Below, one piece after another: positions 16,701-24,801 of a stretch of 45,102 bases of DNA. Source of the DNA: Candidatus Nomurabacteria bacterium (GTDB lineage Bacteria > Patescibacteriota > Minisyncoccia > Phycocordibacterales > UBA10002); the NCBI GenBank assembly GCA_943349725.1, contig CALQZP010000002.1, forward strand, positions 1 to 45,102, in the 5' to 3' direction. Made by a program: the position numbers and the translations under genes. The notes under the pieces are model-generated. The model was not told the origin of the DNA, did not search any database, and saw only the letters and a program-made list of their open reading frames with translations. Within the stretch, counting starts at the first letter, position 1. Each line of letters starts with the position of its first letter.

Positions 16701-16964
16701 GAAGAAATGCGCGAAGGTATGACCGTCGTCATCGGCGGGATTGTTGAAGAAGTAAAACCCATTATTACCAAAAAGAACGACACGATGGCGTTCCTGCGCG
16801 TCGCCGACTTCACCTCTACCCTTGAAGTTGTCGTGTTCCCAAAAGTCTACGAGGAATTCAAAAAGCTCCTATCTTCCGAAAGCTGTATCGCAATCAAGGG
16901 CCGTTATTCAACCCGAAACGGCACCTCCTCGCTCATCGCGGAAAAAGTAAAGGAGCTTAAATAG
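13758..16964 (+). CDS. dnaE: DNA polymerase III alpha subunit
   Basis: PHP domain start MSYIPLNVHSHYSLL, plus the conserved GLLKFDFLGIKNL and a C-terminal OB. ATG 13758 is preferred over GTG 13734 because of the -10 geometry. Confidence 0.93.
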   Translation: MSYIPLNVHSHYSLLSALPKIPDLVAHGKKLGLTSLALTDNGNLYGAIEFYKECKSAGIKPIIGIHAYMAIRTRLDKQSGVDNRRHRLILLAKNETGYRNLLKLASRASLEGFYYKPRIDREILSEHAEGLIAIAPAFDADIQSFIATTDDESALARLKYYQDLFGKDGFYFEISRHPEIEGHDELMRKVVAFAQKHSVPLVASQEVYYLFPEEKKARETLLLVNSQGEPKDLRTDDSDFSFLPPEKVAELFADIPEAIANTSKIADACNLELTLGKWVFPDYKTKNGESYDDELQEMVTSGIVRRKMMQTPELEKRVAYELGVIKAKGYAPYFLVVADLLRFAHEQGILTTIRGSVAGSMVTYLAGITNVDPFEYKLPFERFLNPERPSAPDIDMDYADNRRDEMIEYAKQKYGANKVAQIGTFGTMMARGSVRDIARAMGFEYSLGDRIAKLIPFGSQGFPMSIDRALELVPELAKLYKDDEDTKTVIDMAKKIEGCARHISVHAAGVVIAPTALTDFVPLQLDPKGGKLITQYDMHAVEDAGLLKFDFLGIKNLSILADAVVLVKKIEGTVVDIENVPLADKKTFDMLALGETGGLFQLNGAGMTRYLKELRPSSIHDINAMVALYRPGPMESIPQYIERKHKPGLVQYLDPRLREILADSYGVITYQDDVLLISIKLAGYSWLEADKLRKAMGKKIPVEMEAQKEKLLAGFIKNGLTKEKSAKLWSLIEPFAAYGFGKAHAASYGRVAYQTAYMKANFPAIYMSAVLTAESGDVEKVGEIIHECKRMEIPVLPPSINESYSAFTVVKAQLTTDNLQLTTPDSADRIRFGLMTIKNFGEGISHTIIKERKEHGVFKSLSDFLERVNDRNLNKKSLEALIKAGALDEFGERGQMLANIELLLEQSKQSGKGPAGQDSLFGGMGSTIAMPSLKLLEAVPATMEEKLAWEKELLGLYISGHPLDKFREVLEKREFTIARVKEEMREGMTVVIGGIVEEVKPIITKKNDTMAFLRVADFTSTLEVVVFPKVYEEFKKLLSSESCIAIKGRYSTRNGTSSLIAEKVKELK
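16194..16250. repeat. Heptamer array (caactga x4.7) plus a perfect 10-bp hairpin, in-frame in dnaE
   Basis: caactga caactga caactta caactga caact, then CCTGATTCGG-caga-CCGAATCAGG. Together they encode QLTTDNLQLTTPDSADRIR, just before the conserved IRFGL. Confidence 0.85.
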
Positions 16965-17066
16965 GCTTTAGGCAAGAAGGCTCTAGGAACTCCTAGACGA
17001 CTTTCTTGTTTGAGCCTAGTGCCTAACGCCTAGCGCCTTTGGGCTGATTTTGTTATGATTTCACGT

Positions 17067-18794
17067 ATGTCAGAGAATGAACACCTATCGCATATTCGCC
17101 ACTCGCTCGCCCACCTCCTCGCTTCGTCGGTACGGGAGCTGTACCCGGGTGCCAAGAATGCTATTGGCCCATCGGTAGACGACGGTTTCTACCAGGACTT
17201 CGAACTTCCTCACCCTATCTCAGACAAGGAGCTAACCGCAATTGAGAACAAGATGCGGGAAAAGGTCAAAGGTTGGAAACAGTTTGAACGTAAAGAAGTA
17301 ACACCCGAAGAAGCAAAGAAAGAATTCGCGTGGAACGAATACAAGACAGAGCTCATAGAGGAGTTCTCAAAAGACGGTAAGACGCTTACCTTTTACACCG
17401 TGGGCGATTTTGTCGACCTATGTAAGGGAGGACATGTTGAGAGCCCAGCCAAAGAAATTCCTTCGGGTTCATGGAAACTGGACCGCGTCGCGGGAGCATA
17501 CTGGCGAGGCGACGAAAAGAACAAAATGCTGACACGTATTTACGGACTTGCGTTTGAAACCAGAGAAGCACTTGAAGCGTACACAAAGCAGCGCGAGGAA
17601 GCCGAAAAGCGCGACCACAAGAAGCTGGGGAAGGAATTGGGGCTTTTTATGTTCCACGAGACTGCACCAGGTATGCCCTATTGGCTCCCAAAGGGTCTTA
17701 TCCTCTACAATGAGTTGGTAGATTTTTGGCGAAAGGAACACCGTTTGCATGGATACAAGGAGATCGCGAGTCCTTTGGTGAACAAAGCTGAACTTTGGAA
17801 GATATCAGGACACTGGGACCACTACCAGGAGGACATGTTTATCGCGAATATGGGAGAGAATGAGGTGTATGGAGTCAAGCCAATGAATTGTCCGAACGCG
17901 ATGATTGTCTTTCAGTCTCTACAGGTAAGTTACAAAGACTTGCCACTGCGTCTTTCAGATACGGACAGGCTTCATCGTTATGAACGTTCGGGGACACTTA
18001 ACGGACTCCTTCGTTGTCGTTCGTTCCAACAAGACGATTCACACAATTATATTTCAGAAGGCATGATAGCGTCGGAGTACGCCCACATTTTTGACGTATG
18101 CAAGAAGTTCTATGGAATCTTTGATCTAAGCTATTCTTTCCGTCTTGGTACCAGACCGGAGAAGTTTCTTGGGGATAAAGCTACCTGGGACAGGGCTGAA
18201 CGGTCACTTCACGATATTCTCAAAGTATCTGGGGTGTCCTACACCGTGGCCGAAGGCGACGGTGCCTTTTATGGGCCAAAAGTAGACATCTTGATGAAGG
18301 ATTCTCTCGGTCGAGACTGGCAGATGGGTACCGTGCAACTAGACTTCCAGCAACCCTTACGTTTTGGTCTTGAATACACCGACAAAGATGGAAAGAAAAA
18401 GACGCCCGTTGTAGTACATCGTGTCATTTATGGTTCTCTAGAACGTTTTATCGGCATCCTTACTGAACACACCGCCGGTGCCTTTCCCCTTTGGCTTTCG
18501 CCGGTGCAGGTCAAGATTCTTCCCGTTGGCGAGAAGTTTATGGACTACGCGAAGTCTGTACACAAAGCCCTCACGGATGCGGAAATCCGTTCGGAACTGG
18601 ACGAGTCCAACGAAACGCTGGGCAAAAAAGTACGAGGCGCAAAGGTAGAAAAAGCCCCGTACTGGATAGTGGTCGGCGCCAAAGAAGAAGCCGAAAAAAC
18701 CGTCACCCTTGAAAGCCGAACCGGCAGTAAGGATACGCTCCCGCTCGCGGAGCTGTCTTCACGACTTACAAAAGAAATTAAGGAAAAGAGTTAA
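17067..18794 (+). CDS. thrS: Threonyl-tRNA synthetase lacking the N-terminal TGS domain
   Basis: The protein starts at the HxxxH editing-domain motif (IRHSLAHLL). Class II motifs and a C-terminal anticodon-binding domain are present. ATG 17067 is preferred (TATGAT-N7-ATG); the alternative is ATG 17055. Confidence 0.9.
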   Translation: MSENEHLSHIRHSLAHLLASSVRELYPGAKNAIGPSVDDGFYQDFELPHPISDKELTAIENKMREKVKGWKQFERKEVTPEEAKKEFAWNEYKTELIEEFSKDGKTLTFYTVGDFVDLCKGGHVESPAKEIPSGSWKLDRVAGAYWRGDEKNKMLTRIYGLAFETREALEAYTKQREEAEKRDHKKLGKELGLFMFHETAPGMPYWLPKGLILYNELVDFWRKEHRLHGYKEIASPLVNKAELWKISGHWDHYQEDMFIANMGENEVYGVKPMNCPNAMIVFQSLQVSYKDLPLRLSDTDRLHRYERSGTLNGLLRCRSFQQDDSHNYISEGMIASEYAHIFDVCKKFYGIFDLSYSFRLGTRPEKFLGDKATWDRAERSLHDILKVSGVSYTVAEGDGAFYGPKVDILMKDSLGRDWQMGTVQLDFQQPLRFGLEYTDKDGKKKTPVVVHRVIYGSLERFIGILTEHTAGAFPLWLSPVQVKILPVGEKFMDYAKSVHKALTDAEIRSELDESNETLGKKVRGAKVEKAPYWIVVGAKEEAEKTVTLESRTGSKDTLPLAELSSRLTKEIKEKS

Positions 18795-18833
18795 AAAAAG
18801 AAGGTCGGTCCCGGTGAAGAGACCGACCTTTGC
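18793..18833. terminator. Bidirectional terminator between thrS and the gyrB-kinase operon
   Basis: Stem AAGGTCGGTC / GACCGACCTT, with an A7 run upstream (a T-run on the minus strand) and TTTG downstream. Confidence 0.6.
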
Positions 18834-18845
18834 GCAACGCACTAT

Positions 18846-19052
18846 TTATGCGTTGCAGACCAGGAACGAAATACCTGACACTTCTATCCTCTCGGCGACA
18901 ATACCCGACTTCCCAAGGCGACTTTGCCCTTCGGCAGAATCCTCTTTGACAAGCATAAGCCCATCACCCAAAGGTTTCGTATCAGCCTTTTCCGCTACAG
19001 CCTGCTTAGCCACAGCGATTACTATGGCTCTGAATTTATTTACAAGTGTCAT
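18846..19052 (-). CDS. Hypothetical 68-aa protein
   Basis: The ORF starts 33 nt downstream of the kinase gene and ends just before the terminator. No recognisable motif or RBS. Confidence 0.3.
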   Translation of the reverse strand: MTLVNKFRAIVIAVAKQAVAEKADTKPLGDGLMLVKEDSAEGQSRLGKSGIVAERIEVSGISFLVCNA

Positions 19053-19084
19053 AACGTACTCGACAGAGAAAGATACTATACTAA

Positions 19085-19825
19085 TCAGATTTTGTCAATC
19101 ATCGCTTTTTTGAGCAACAAATGCACCTTCTTCAGACCTTGAAAATCATCTATAAACGCATTAATGTTAACCCTGCCGGCACGAGAAGGTTTCTCATACG
19201 CGTCATACTCAGTCGCGTATACCGCGGTCCCAAAGTCAATCACGTATGGTTTCCCATCTGCCGTTCCTATCATAATGTTGCCGGCGTGAAGATCCCGATG
19301 ATATATTCCTTTCTCATGCATCTTCTGCACAAAGCTCTCAAGTTTTTCCCAGAAACTATCTTCTTCATATGATGCAGGGATTTCTTCAAATCCATTGATA
19401 ACATGTTCTAAGCTCACCGCAGGAAGTCGTTCCATGATCAAGGCACTAACCTTCTTTGGCATCCCGCTTGAGTCCGAGCCAATCTTTTCCATAGAATAAT
19501 AGGGCTTTGGCACCCCAACATCTCTTGCGATTTCCTGTAAATCGGAAAGGAATTCTGCCTCTATATACGCACTATTGTAAAAGGGTGAACCGACTCGTTC
19601 TTGCGAGATGGTGCCGTAGTTTCTATCGTCACTCATTACTTTGACACAGACCTTCTCATTCGCCTCCAGCCCATGAACCTCTGCAAGGGACCCCTTTCCA
19701 ATAAGCCGTTCTGGCTCCTCAAGCAAAGTCTCCACATATGAAATAAATCTTTCTTTGACAACAACATCCGCCACTTCACTCTCAGAAGAAGCCTTGACGA
19801 TATCAAATGAAAGTTCGTGAGACAT
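19085..19825 (-). CDS. Small eukaryotic-like protein kinase domain protein
   Basis: Glycine loop GKGSLAEV, VCVKV lysine, catalytic loop YHRDLHAGNIM and DFG (VIDFGTA). The start lies 2 nt after the gyrB stop. Confidence 0.75.
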   Translation of the reverse strand: MSHELSFDIVKASSESEVADVVVKERFISYVETLLEEPERLIGKGSLAEVHGLEANEKVCVKVMSDDRNYGTISQERVGSPFYNSAYIEAEFLSDLQEIARDVGVPKPYYSMEKIGSDSSGMPKKVSALIMERLPAVSLEHVINGFEEIPASYEEDSFWEKLESFVQKMHEKGIYHRDLHAGNIMIGTADGKPYVIDFGTAVYATEYDAYEKPSRAGRVNINAFIDDFQGLKKVHLLLKKAMIDKI

Positions 19826-19827
19826 AG

Positions 19828-21909
19828 TTAAATATCGAGCGTCGCTTTTGTCGCGTTGGATTGAATGAAGCTCTTGCGTGCCGGCACATCCTCGCCCATC
19901 AAGATATCAAAGACTTTGTCGGCATCCTGCGCGTCTTCTACGGTCACCTGCTTTAGGACGCGGTGTTCGGGGTCCATCGTAGTCTCCCAGAGTTCATCAG
20001 GGTTCATTTCTCCAAGACCTTTGTAGCGCTGGATGGAAACTTTGGTTGATTTCGGCTTGCCCTGCGTAGCCTTTGGCGAAGCAGGGGCTTCCACTTCTTC
20101 TGTTTCCTGTCCTTCCTCCGCCTCCTCTTCGGCGTCTTTTACCTCAATTCCCTCTTTCTTCAAAAAGGTGTTTTTCTCCTCGTCCGAGTAGAAATAGTAA
20201 AACTCTTTACCACGTTTCACTTTGTACAGTGGCGGTTGCGCGATATAGATAAACCCTCCGTCAATGAGCTGTCTGAAATAGCGGAAAAAGAGTGTGAGAA
20301 GGAGTGTTCTAATATGCGCGCCGTCAACGTCGGCATCGGTCGCGATGATAACTTTGTGGTAACGAAGTCTGGAAACATCAAACGAATCGGAAATACCGGT
20401 ACCAAGCGCAATAACGAGCGCTTTGATTTCGGCAAAGGCAAGTATCTTATCGAGCCTTGCGCGTTCAACGTTCAGTACTTTTCCGCGAAGCGGAAGGATG
20501 GCCTGCGTCCTGCGGTCGCGTCCTTGCTTCGCGCTACCCCCTGCCGAATCTCCCTCCACAATAAAGACTTCCGCTTCTTCGGCACTTTTAGTTTCGCAAT
20601 CGGCAAGCTTACCCGGCAAGGTCATTCCCTCAAGCGCGCCTTTGCGTAGCACCGAGTCTTTCGCGGCCTTGGCCGCTTTGCGTGCCTTGAGCGCCAAGAT
20701 AACTTTGCTCACCATCGCTCTCGCGTCGTCGGGATTTTCCTCAAGAAACGCTGTGAAGAACTCTCCGAAAACCGTCGCAACGGCAGACTGCGCCTCTACA
20801 CTACCGAGTTTGGCTTTGGTCTGACCTTCAAATTGGATTTCACGGAGTTTAACCGAAATAACTGCCGTAAGTCCTTCCAGAACGTCCTCGCCAGTGAAGT
20901 TTTCCTCGCTTTCCTTGATGTATTCGTTCTTGCGGGCGTAGGAATTGAGCGTTCTCGTAAGTGCTGTCTTGAAACCGGTGACATGTGTTCCACCATCGGG
21001 TGTGTGGATATTGTTCGCAAACGGCATCACTCGCGAAGAAATATCGTCCACATACTGCAGGGCAATCTCAACGGATTCCACACCCTCTACTTTTTTCTCC
21101 ACGTAGAAAATGCTCTTGTGAATAGATTTGAAGTGCTCATTGTAATGCTTGACGAGCGAAAGGAGTCCTCCTTCAAAATAGAAGGTGTGTGAGGGTACTT
21201 CAAGTCCGAGTTCACGCAGATAAAATACATCCGCCGTGTCAACTTCGGGAAGAGCTCGCGCGTCAATCACCGAGATACGCAAACCTTTCACAAGATACGC
21301 CTGCTGACGCATATGGGTGACCACTCGGTCAAAATTGAACTCCACTCCCTCTTTAAAGATTTCCTTGTCAGGCTCAAAAGTCACAAGGGTGCCATGAAGA
21401 TCGCTCTTGCCTATTTTCTTGACGAGCGCTTTGCGCTTGCCTTGCTTGTACTCCTGCATAAAGACGCCACCGTCGCGATGCACTACAACTTCCAAATAGA
21501 TGGAGAGTGCGTTTACGACTGATGCACCCACTCCGTGCAGACCTCCGGACACCTTGTACCCTTCGCCACCGAACTTTCCTCCGGCGTGGAGGGTGGTCAT
21601 AATGGTTTCAAGAGCAGAGACTTTCGTTGACTTGTGCGTATCCACGGGAATACCTCGGCCGTTGTCCACCACGCGCACTCGGTTATTCGGCAAGAGCGCC
21701 ACCTCAATATCGGTACAAAAACCACCCATCGCCTCATCGCGTGAGTTGTCAAAGATTTCAGTAATCAGGTGATGGAGACCATCGGGACCGGTCGTACCGA
21801 TATACATTCCAGGGCGCTTACGTACCGGTTCCAAACCTTCAAGAACGGTAATAGAAGAGGCGTCGTACTGCGCTACTTTCTCCTTTTTTTCTTCCTTATT
21901 TTTAGCCAT
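19828..21909 (-). CDS. gyrB: DNA gyrase subunit B
   Basis: GHKL ATPase motifs (EIFDNSRDEA, GLHGVGASVVNALS), Toprim (EVFIVEGDSAGGSAKQGRDR, ATDADVDGAHI) and YKGLGEMNPDELW. Confidence 0.95.
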   Translation of the reverse strand: MAKNKEEKKEKVAQYDASSITVLEGLEPVRKRPGMYIGTTGPDGLHHLITEIFDNSRDEAMGGFCTDIEVALLPNNRVRVVDNGRGIPVDTHKSTKVSALETIMTTLHAGGKFGGEGYKVSGGLHGVGASVVNALSIYLEVVVHRDGGVFMQEYKQGKRKALVKKIGKSDLHGTLVTFEPDKEIFKEGVEFNFDRVVTHMRQQAYLVKGLRISVIDARALPEVDTADVFYLRELGLEVPSHTFYFEGGLLSLVKHYNEHFKSIHKSIFYVEKKVEGVESVEIALQYVDDISSRVMPFANNIHTPDGGTHVTGFKTALTRTLNSYARKNEYIKESEENFTGEDVLEGLTAVISVKLREIQFEGQTKAKLGSVEAQSAVATVFGEFFTAFLEENPDDARAMVSKVILALKARKAAKAAKDSVLRKGALEGMTLPGKLADCETKSAEEAEVFIVEGDSAGGSAKQGRDRRTQAILPLRGKVLNVERARLDKILAFAEIKALVIALGTGISDSFDVSRLRYHKVIIATDADVDGAHIRTLLLTLFFRYFRQLIDGGFIYIAQPPLYKVKRGKEFYYFYSDEEKNTFLKKEGIEVKDAEEEAEEGQETEEVEAPASPKATQGKPKSTKVSIQRYKGLGEMNPDELWETTMDPEHRVLKQVTVEDAQDADKVFDILMGEDVPARKSFIQSNATKATLDI
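20054..20091. repeat. Family C element in-frame in gyrB
   Basis: CCCTGCGTAGCCTTTGGCGAAGCAGGGG (20060-20087) is identical to the rpsP repeat core and encodes APASPKATQGKP. Confidence 0.9.
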
Positions 21910-22080
21910 AGTTGGAGATAGACATTAAAAAAACACCACTGCTTAGAGTAGCTTCATTCTATCAAAATAGCCTTACAAAAGAAAGCTATTTTTAACCCCA
22001 CAATGGGGACAAACTTATCCCCATACCCACGCTTCAAAACACTAGTATTCGCTCTTATTTGTAATTTACATTCCGACAAA

Positions 22081-22116
22081 ATTACCACTTATCAGCGGTC
22101 GCTGATAAGTGGTAAT
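22081..22116. promoter_or_regulatory. Palindrome copy 1 (downstream of PaaX-like gene 2, about 170 nt upstream of the gyrB start)
   Basis: Perfect 17-bp arms ATTACCACTTATCAGCG-gt-CGCTGATAAGTGGTAAT, 5 nt past the stop codon. Confidence 0.6.
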
Positions 22117-22121
22117 GATAT

Positions 22122-22721
22122 TTAGTGCCTTGTGATCTCCAGCCCGAAATGTTTGCGCAGCCATCCATCGTTTTCAATATATTCGGCAATGATGTAGAGA
22201 ATCTCAACCCCAATATGATAATCGGCCTTAAGTAGCGAAAGAAAATCTTCGCAGTCATGCGGATAGACCCACACACTATGGTGCAGATGTACAAACCCAA
22301 CACTCTGAAGCGTCCACCGAAGTAATTCCCGAACCTTCTTTCTTTTCTCTTTTATATCAAAACTGACCAGTCTCCACTTCCCATCCCACTTTTCGGGCTT
22401 TGAGAGCTGGTAATCCGCACGTTCTATTTCTGAAATCCGCTTTTCACCAACCTTGGTTAGTGTGATAAAACCTTTCTTGTCCACTATAACAAATCCTGAT
22501 TTCTCCAACAGCTCTACTGAACGACTCACCGTAAATCGAAAAGGGCGTTTCGTCTTTATCCATCCAAACTCCTCCAACACGCGCAATGTATTAGGGGCGA
22601 CCAGCGCCATAGAAAGTCCTCCTGCCGCTACGATCGCATAGAGTACTGCTTTTTGCACTACAGCAATTCTACTCTTCCGTTCCTTCTTCTTCTTTAGTCC
22701 CTTAACCTGACTTGCTCGCAT
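22122..22721 (-). CDS. PaaX-like winged-helix regulator, paralog 2
   Basis: WDGKWRLVSFDIKEKRKKVRELLRWTLQSVGFVHLHHSVWVYP, with an N-terminal wHTH-like segment. Paralog of 8989-9597. Confidence 0.7.
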   Translation of the reverse strand: MRASQVKGLKKKKERKSRIAVVQKAVLYAIVAAGGLSMALVAPNTLRVLEEFGWIKTKRPFRFTVSRSVELLEKSGFVIVDKKGFITLTKVGEKRISEIERADYQLSKPEKWDGKWRLVSFDIKEKRKKVRELLRWTLQSVGFVHLHHSVWVYPHDCEDFLSLLKADYHIGVEILYIIAEYIENDGWLRKHFGLEITRH

Positions 22722-22730
22722 GTTCTCACT

Positions 22731-22764
22731 TTACCACATATCAGCGACCGCTGATATGTGGTAA
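22731..22764. promoter_or_regulatory. Palindrome copy 2 (operator upstream of PaaX-like gene 2)
   Basis: Perfect 16-bp arms TTACCACATATCAGCG-ac-CGCTGATATGTGGTAA, 9 nt upstream of ATG 22721. Confidence 0.6.
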
Positions 22765-22839
22765 CTATGAGCTTCTATGTATCCTGAGTACGCAGGTGAC
22801 CTGTAAGTCGCACGCGAAAAGTATTAGCGAGTTTGATGG

Positions 22840-24798
22840 CTAGCGGACTTCCCAGCCGTTTAATTTGAGTGCGCTGTAGACCTTTTCCATGCTGGCGTTC
22901 ACTTCCTCGTCGGAGAGGGTTCGGTCGAAGGATTGAAAGACGAGGCGGAATGCGAGGGATTTTTTGCCGTCTTTTAAAAACTCGTCAAAAAGCTCAGGGC
23001 CACGAACGACAAGCTGACCAGCGTTTTCTTTAATTGCTTTTGCAACCGAATCTGCGGAAGGAAAAACATCCCCCGCCTCCGAAGACGGAGGTACCCCCTT
23101 TGCTAAGGGGGATACAAACAGCGCCACGTCGCGAACAATAAATGGATACAGCGAAAACGGAGCAAACTTCACGTTGCGCGAAGGGAAAACAGAAATATCC
23201 CATTTTTTTGGTTCAGAAAGCCCATCAAGGACCTGATTTAGAGTACACTCAAATACTCCGTCTTTCATTTCTCCGGTAAGGGTTACACAGAGCTCCTTCC
23301 CAAGGAGTTCTACCACTCCAGTAAGTTCGCCTGCAATCTTCTTCTTCGGTCCTCCGTAGCCAATCGCAAGTGAGGTAACTTCCCCGCTCGTAGGCTTGCC
23401 CGCCGAAGCCTCGGCGAAGGCGGGAAAGATGCGACCAATCTCAAAAATACGCGTTTCGGATGTTCCGAGTAGCGGAGCGTTTAGTGCATTCATTTTAAGC
23501 GCTTTCTCAAAATTACCGCGTAGGTTCGCTCGCGCGTACTTCTTGTCCTCCGCAAGTGGCTTTAAAATAGCAATCTCGCCGGTATCTGAAAAAGAAGACG
23601 TCTGTATCTCCGAAAAGCCAGCGTTTACCAGAATTTCGCGGATTTTCCACTCGTAGTAAAAGGACGTGGGAATTTCCGTGACTCCTCCCGCTTGAGGAAC
23701 AACTGCAAGAATCTTGTCATAACCAATAATCCGACCGACTTCTTCCACGATGTCTTCGAAAATTACTAAATCAAGACGCTCGGGTGGAATATGCGCCAGA
23801 AGCTTCTCGCCTTCTTTATTACAGGAAATACCCAATCGGCGGAGGACATCAACAATCTCAGGCTCGGAAAGTGCTACACCGAGTTTCCGCGAAATGAGCT
23901 CCGTGTCTACCTCGAGAGTTCGTGCATGGACTTCTTCAAATGAAACTATTTCTCGCTTCCCTATTCTCACACCCTCGGCGCCCGTGATTGATTCTATAAG
24001 TAAGGCAAGCCGGTCAATCCCTTCTTCGCCGAGGAGCGGAGAAAGCCGATTCTCGAAACGCTTTGACGCTTCGGTTTTGATGCCAGTCGAGGTTGCGGTG
24101 CGACGGATATAAGAAGGGTTCCAATTGGCCGCTTCCAAGATAAGGTTTTTGGTCGCCTCGTCTACTTCTGCACGTTTCCCTCCTTTGATTCCCGCAAGTG
24201 AAAGCGGCCCTTCGTCATCGGCAATCACCAGTTCATTATTGTTGAGTTCCACCCGCTTGTTATCAAGGGTCACCATTACCTCACCCTTTCGTGCAAAACG
24301 AACCACAAGCCCGCCCTTCACCTTGTCCGCGTCAAAGGCATGAAGTGGCCGTCCGATATCAAACATCACATAGTTTGTAGCATCAACGATATTATTGATT
24401 GAACGCTGGCCGATAGACTCGAGTGCCTCTTTAAGCCACGCGGGAGACTCCCCAACCTTAACATTTTCCATGCTCCGTGCGACAAATTTCGTACAAAGCT
24501 CCGGTTCATCAATCCGAACATCGACAGAAATCACGTCTGGAGATTCCACAATTTTCTTTTCTTCCCGATTTTTGAGAGGTACATTCAAAATCGCAGAAAC
24601 TTCCCGTGCAATACCGCGGTGCGAAAGCGCGTAGCAGGCTCTGTCTGGAAGAACTTTAACATCCAAAACAGTATCGTTGCCGACATGCTCAACACTCTCG
24701 ATTTCGGCAAATGAAAAAGTAATCCGATCTGAAAGCTCCTCCGATGTTGGAAGTTTTTCATCAAAATATGACTGCAACCATTTATAAGAAACTTTCAT
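22840..24798 (-). CDS. pheT: Phenylalanyl-tRNA synthetase beta subunit, without the OB tRNA-binding domain
   Basis: B1 start MKVSYKWLQSYF runs directly into LPDRACYALSHRGIAREV. B3/4, B5 and a C-terminal FDX-ACB-like region are present. Length is 652 aa. Confidence 0.9.
   Translation of the reverse strand: MKVSYKWLQSYFDEKLPTSEELSDRITFSFAEIESVEHVGNDTVLDVKVLPDRACYALSHRGIAREVSAILNVPLKNREEKKIVESPDVISVDVRIDEPELCTKFVARSMENVKVGESPAWLKEALESIGQRSINNIVDATNYVMFDIGRPLHAFDADKVKGGLVVRFARKGEVMVTLDNKRVELNNNELVIADDEGPLSLAGIKGGKRAEVDEATKNLILEAANWNPSYIRRTATSTGIKTEASKRFENRLSPLLGEEGIDRLALLIESITGAEGVRIGKREIVSFEEVHARTLEVDTELISRKLGVALSEPEIVDVLRRLGISCNKEGEKLLAHIPPERLDLVIFEDIVEEVGRIIGYDKILAVVPQAGGVTEIPTSFYYEWKIREILVNAGFSEIQTSSFSDTGEIAILKPLAEDKKYARANLRGNFEKALKMNALNAPLLGTSETRIFEIGRIFPAFAEASAGKPTSGEVTSLAIGYGGPKKKIAGELTGVVELLGKELCVTLTGEMKDGVFECTLNQVLDGLSEPKKWDISVFPSRNVKFAPFSLYPFIVRDVALFVSPLAKGVPPSSEAGDVFPSADSVAKAIKENAGQLVVRGPELFDEFLKDGKKSLAFRLVFQSFDRTLSDEEVNASMEKVYSALKLNGWEVR
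23070..23113. repeat. Family A hairpin element in-frame in pheT
   Basis: CCCCCGCCTCCGAAGACGGAGGTACCCCCTTTGCTAAGGGGGATA encodes SPLAKGVPPSSEAGD. It is the reverse complement of the RpiB-type element. Confidence 0.85.
23399..23423. repeat. GC hairpin element in-frame in pheT
   Basis: CCCGCCGAAGCCTCGGCGAAGGCGGG encodes AFAEASAGKP. Confidence 0.6.
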
Positions 24799-24801
24799 GT
24801 T

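Noticed and set aside
17038-17066. GGGCTGATTTTG resembles the 5' end of tmRNA (GGGGCTGATT...).
   Set aside because: No downstream tag ORF, pseudoknots or tRNA-like 3' end (TTCGA...CCA) is present. The region is the thrS promoter and start.
16965-17066. A T-box or other riboswitch leader upstream of thrS (and likewise upstream of pheS at 26180-26320).
   Set aside because: The thrS leader is about 90 nt and is built of heptamer repeats, with no specifier or T-box motif. The pheS upstream region is filled with hairpin-repeat modules.
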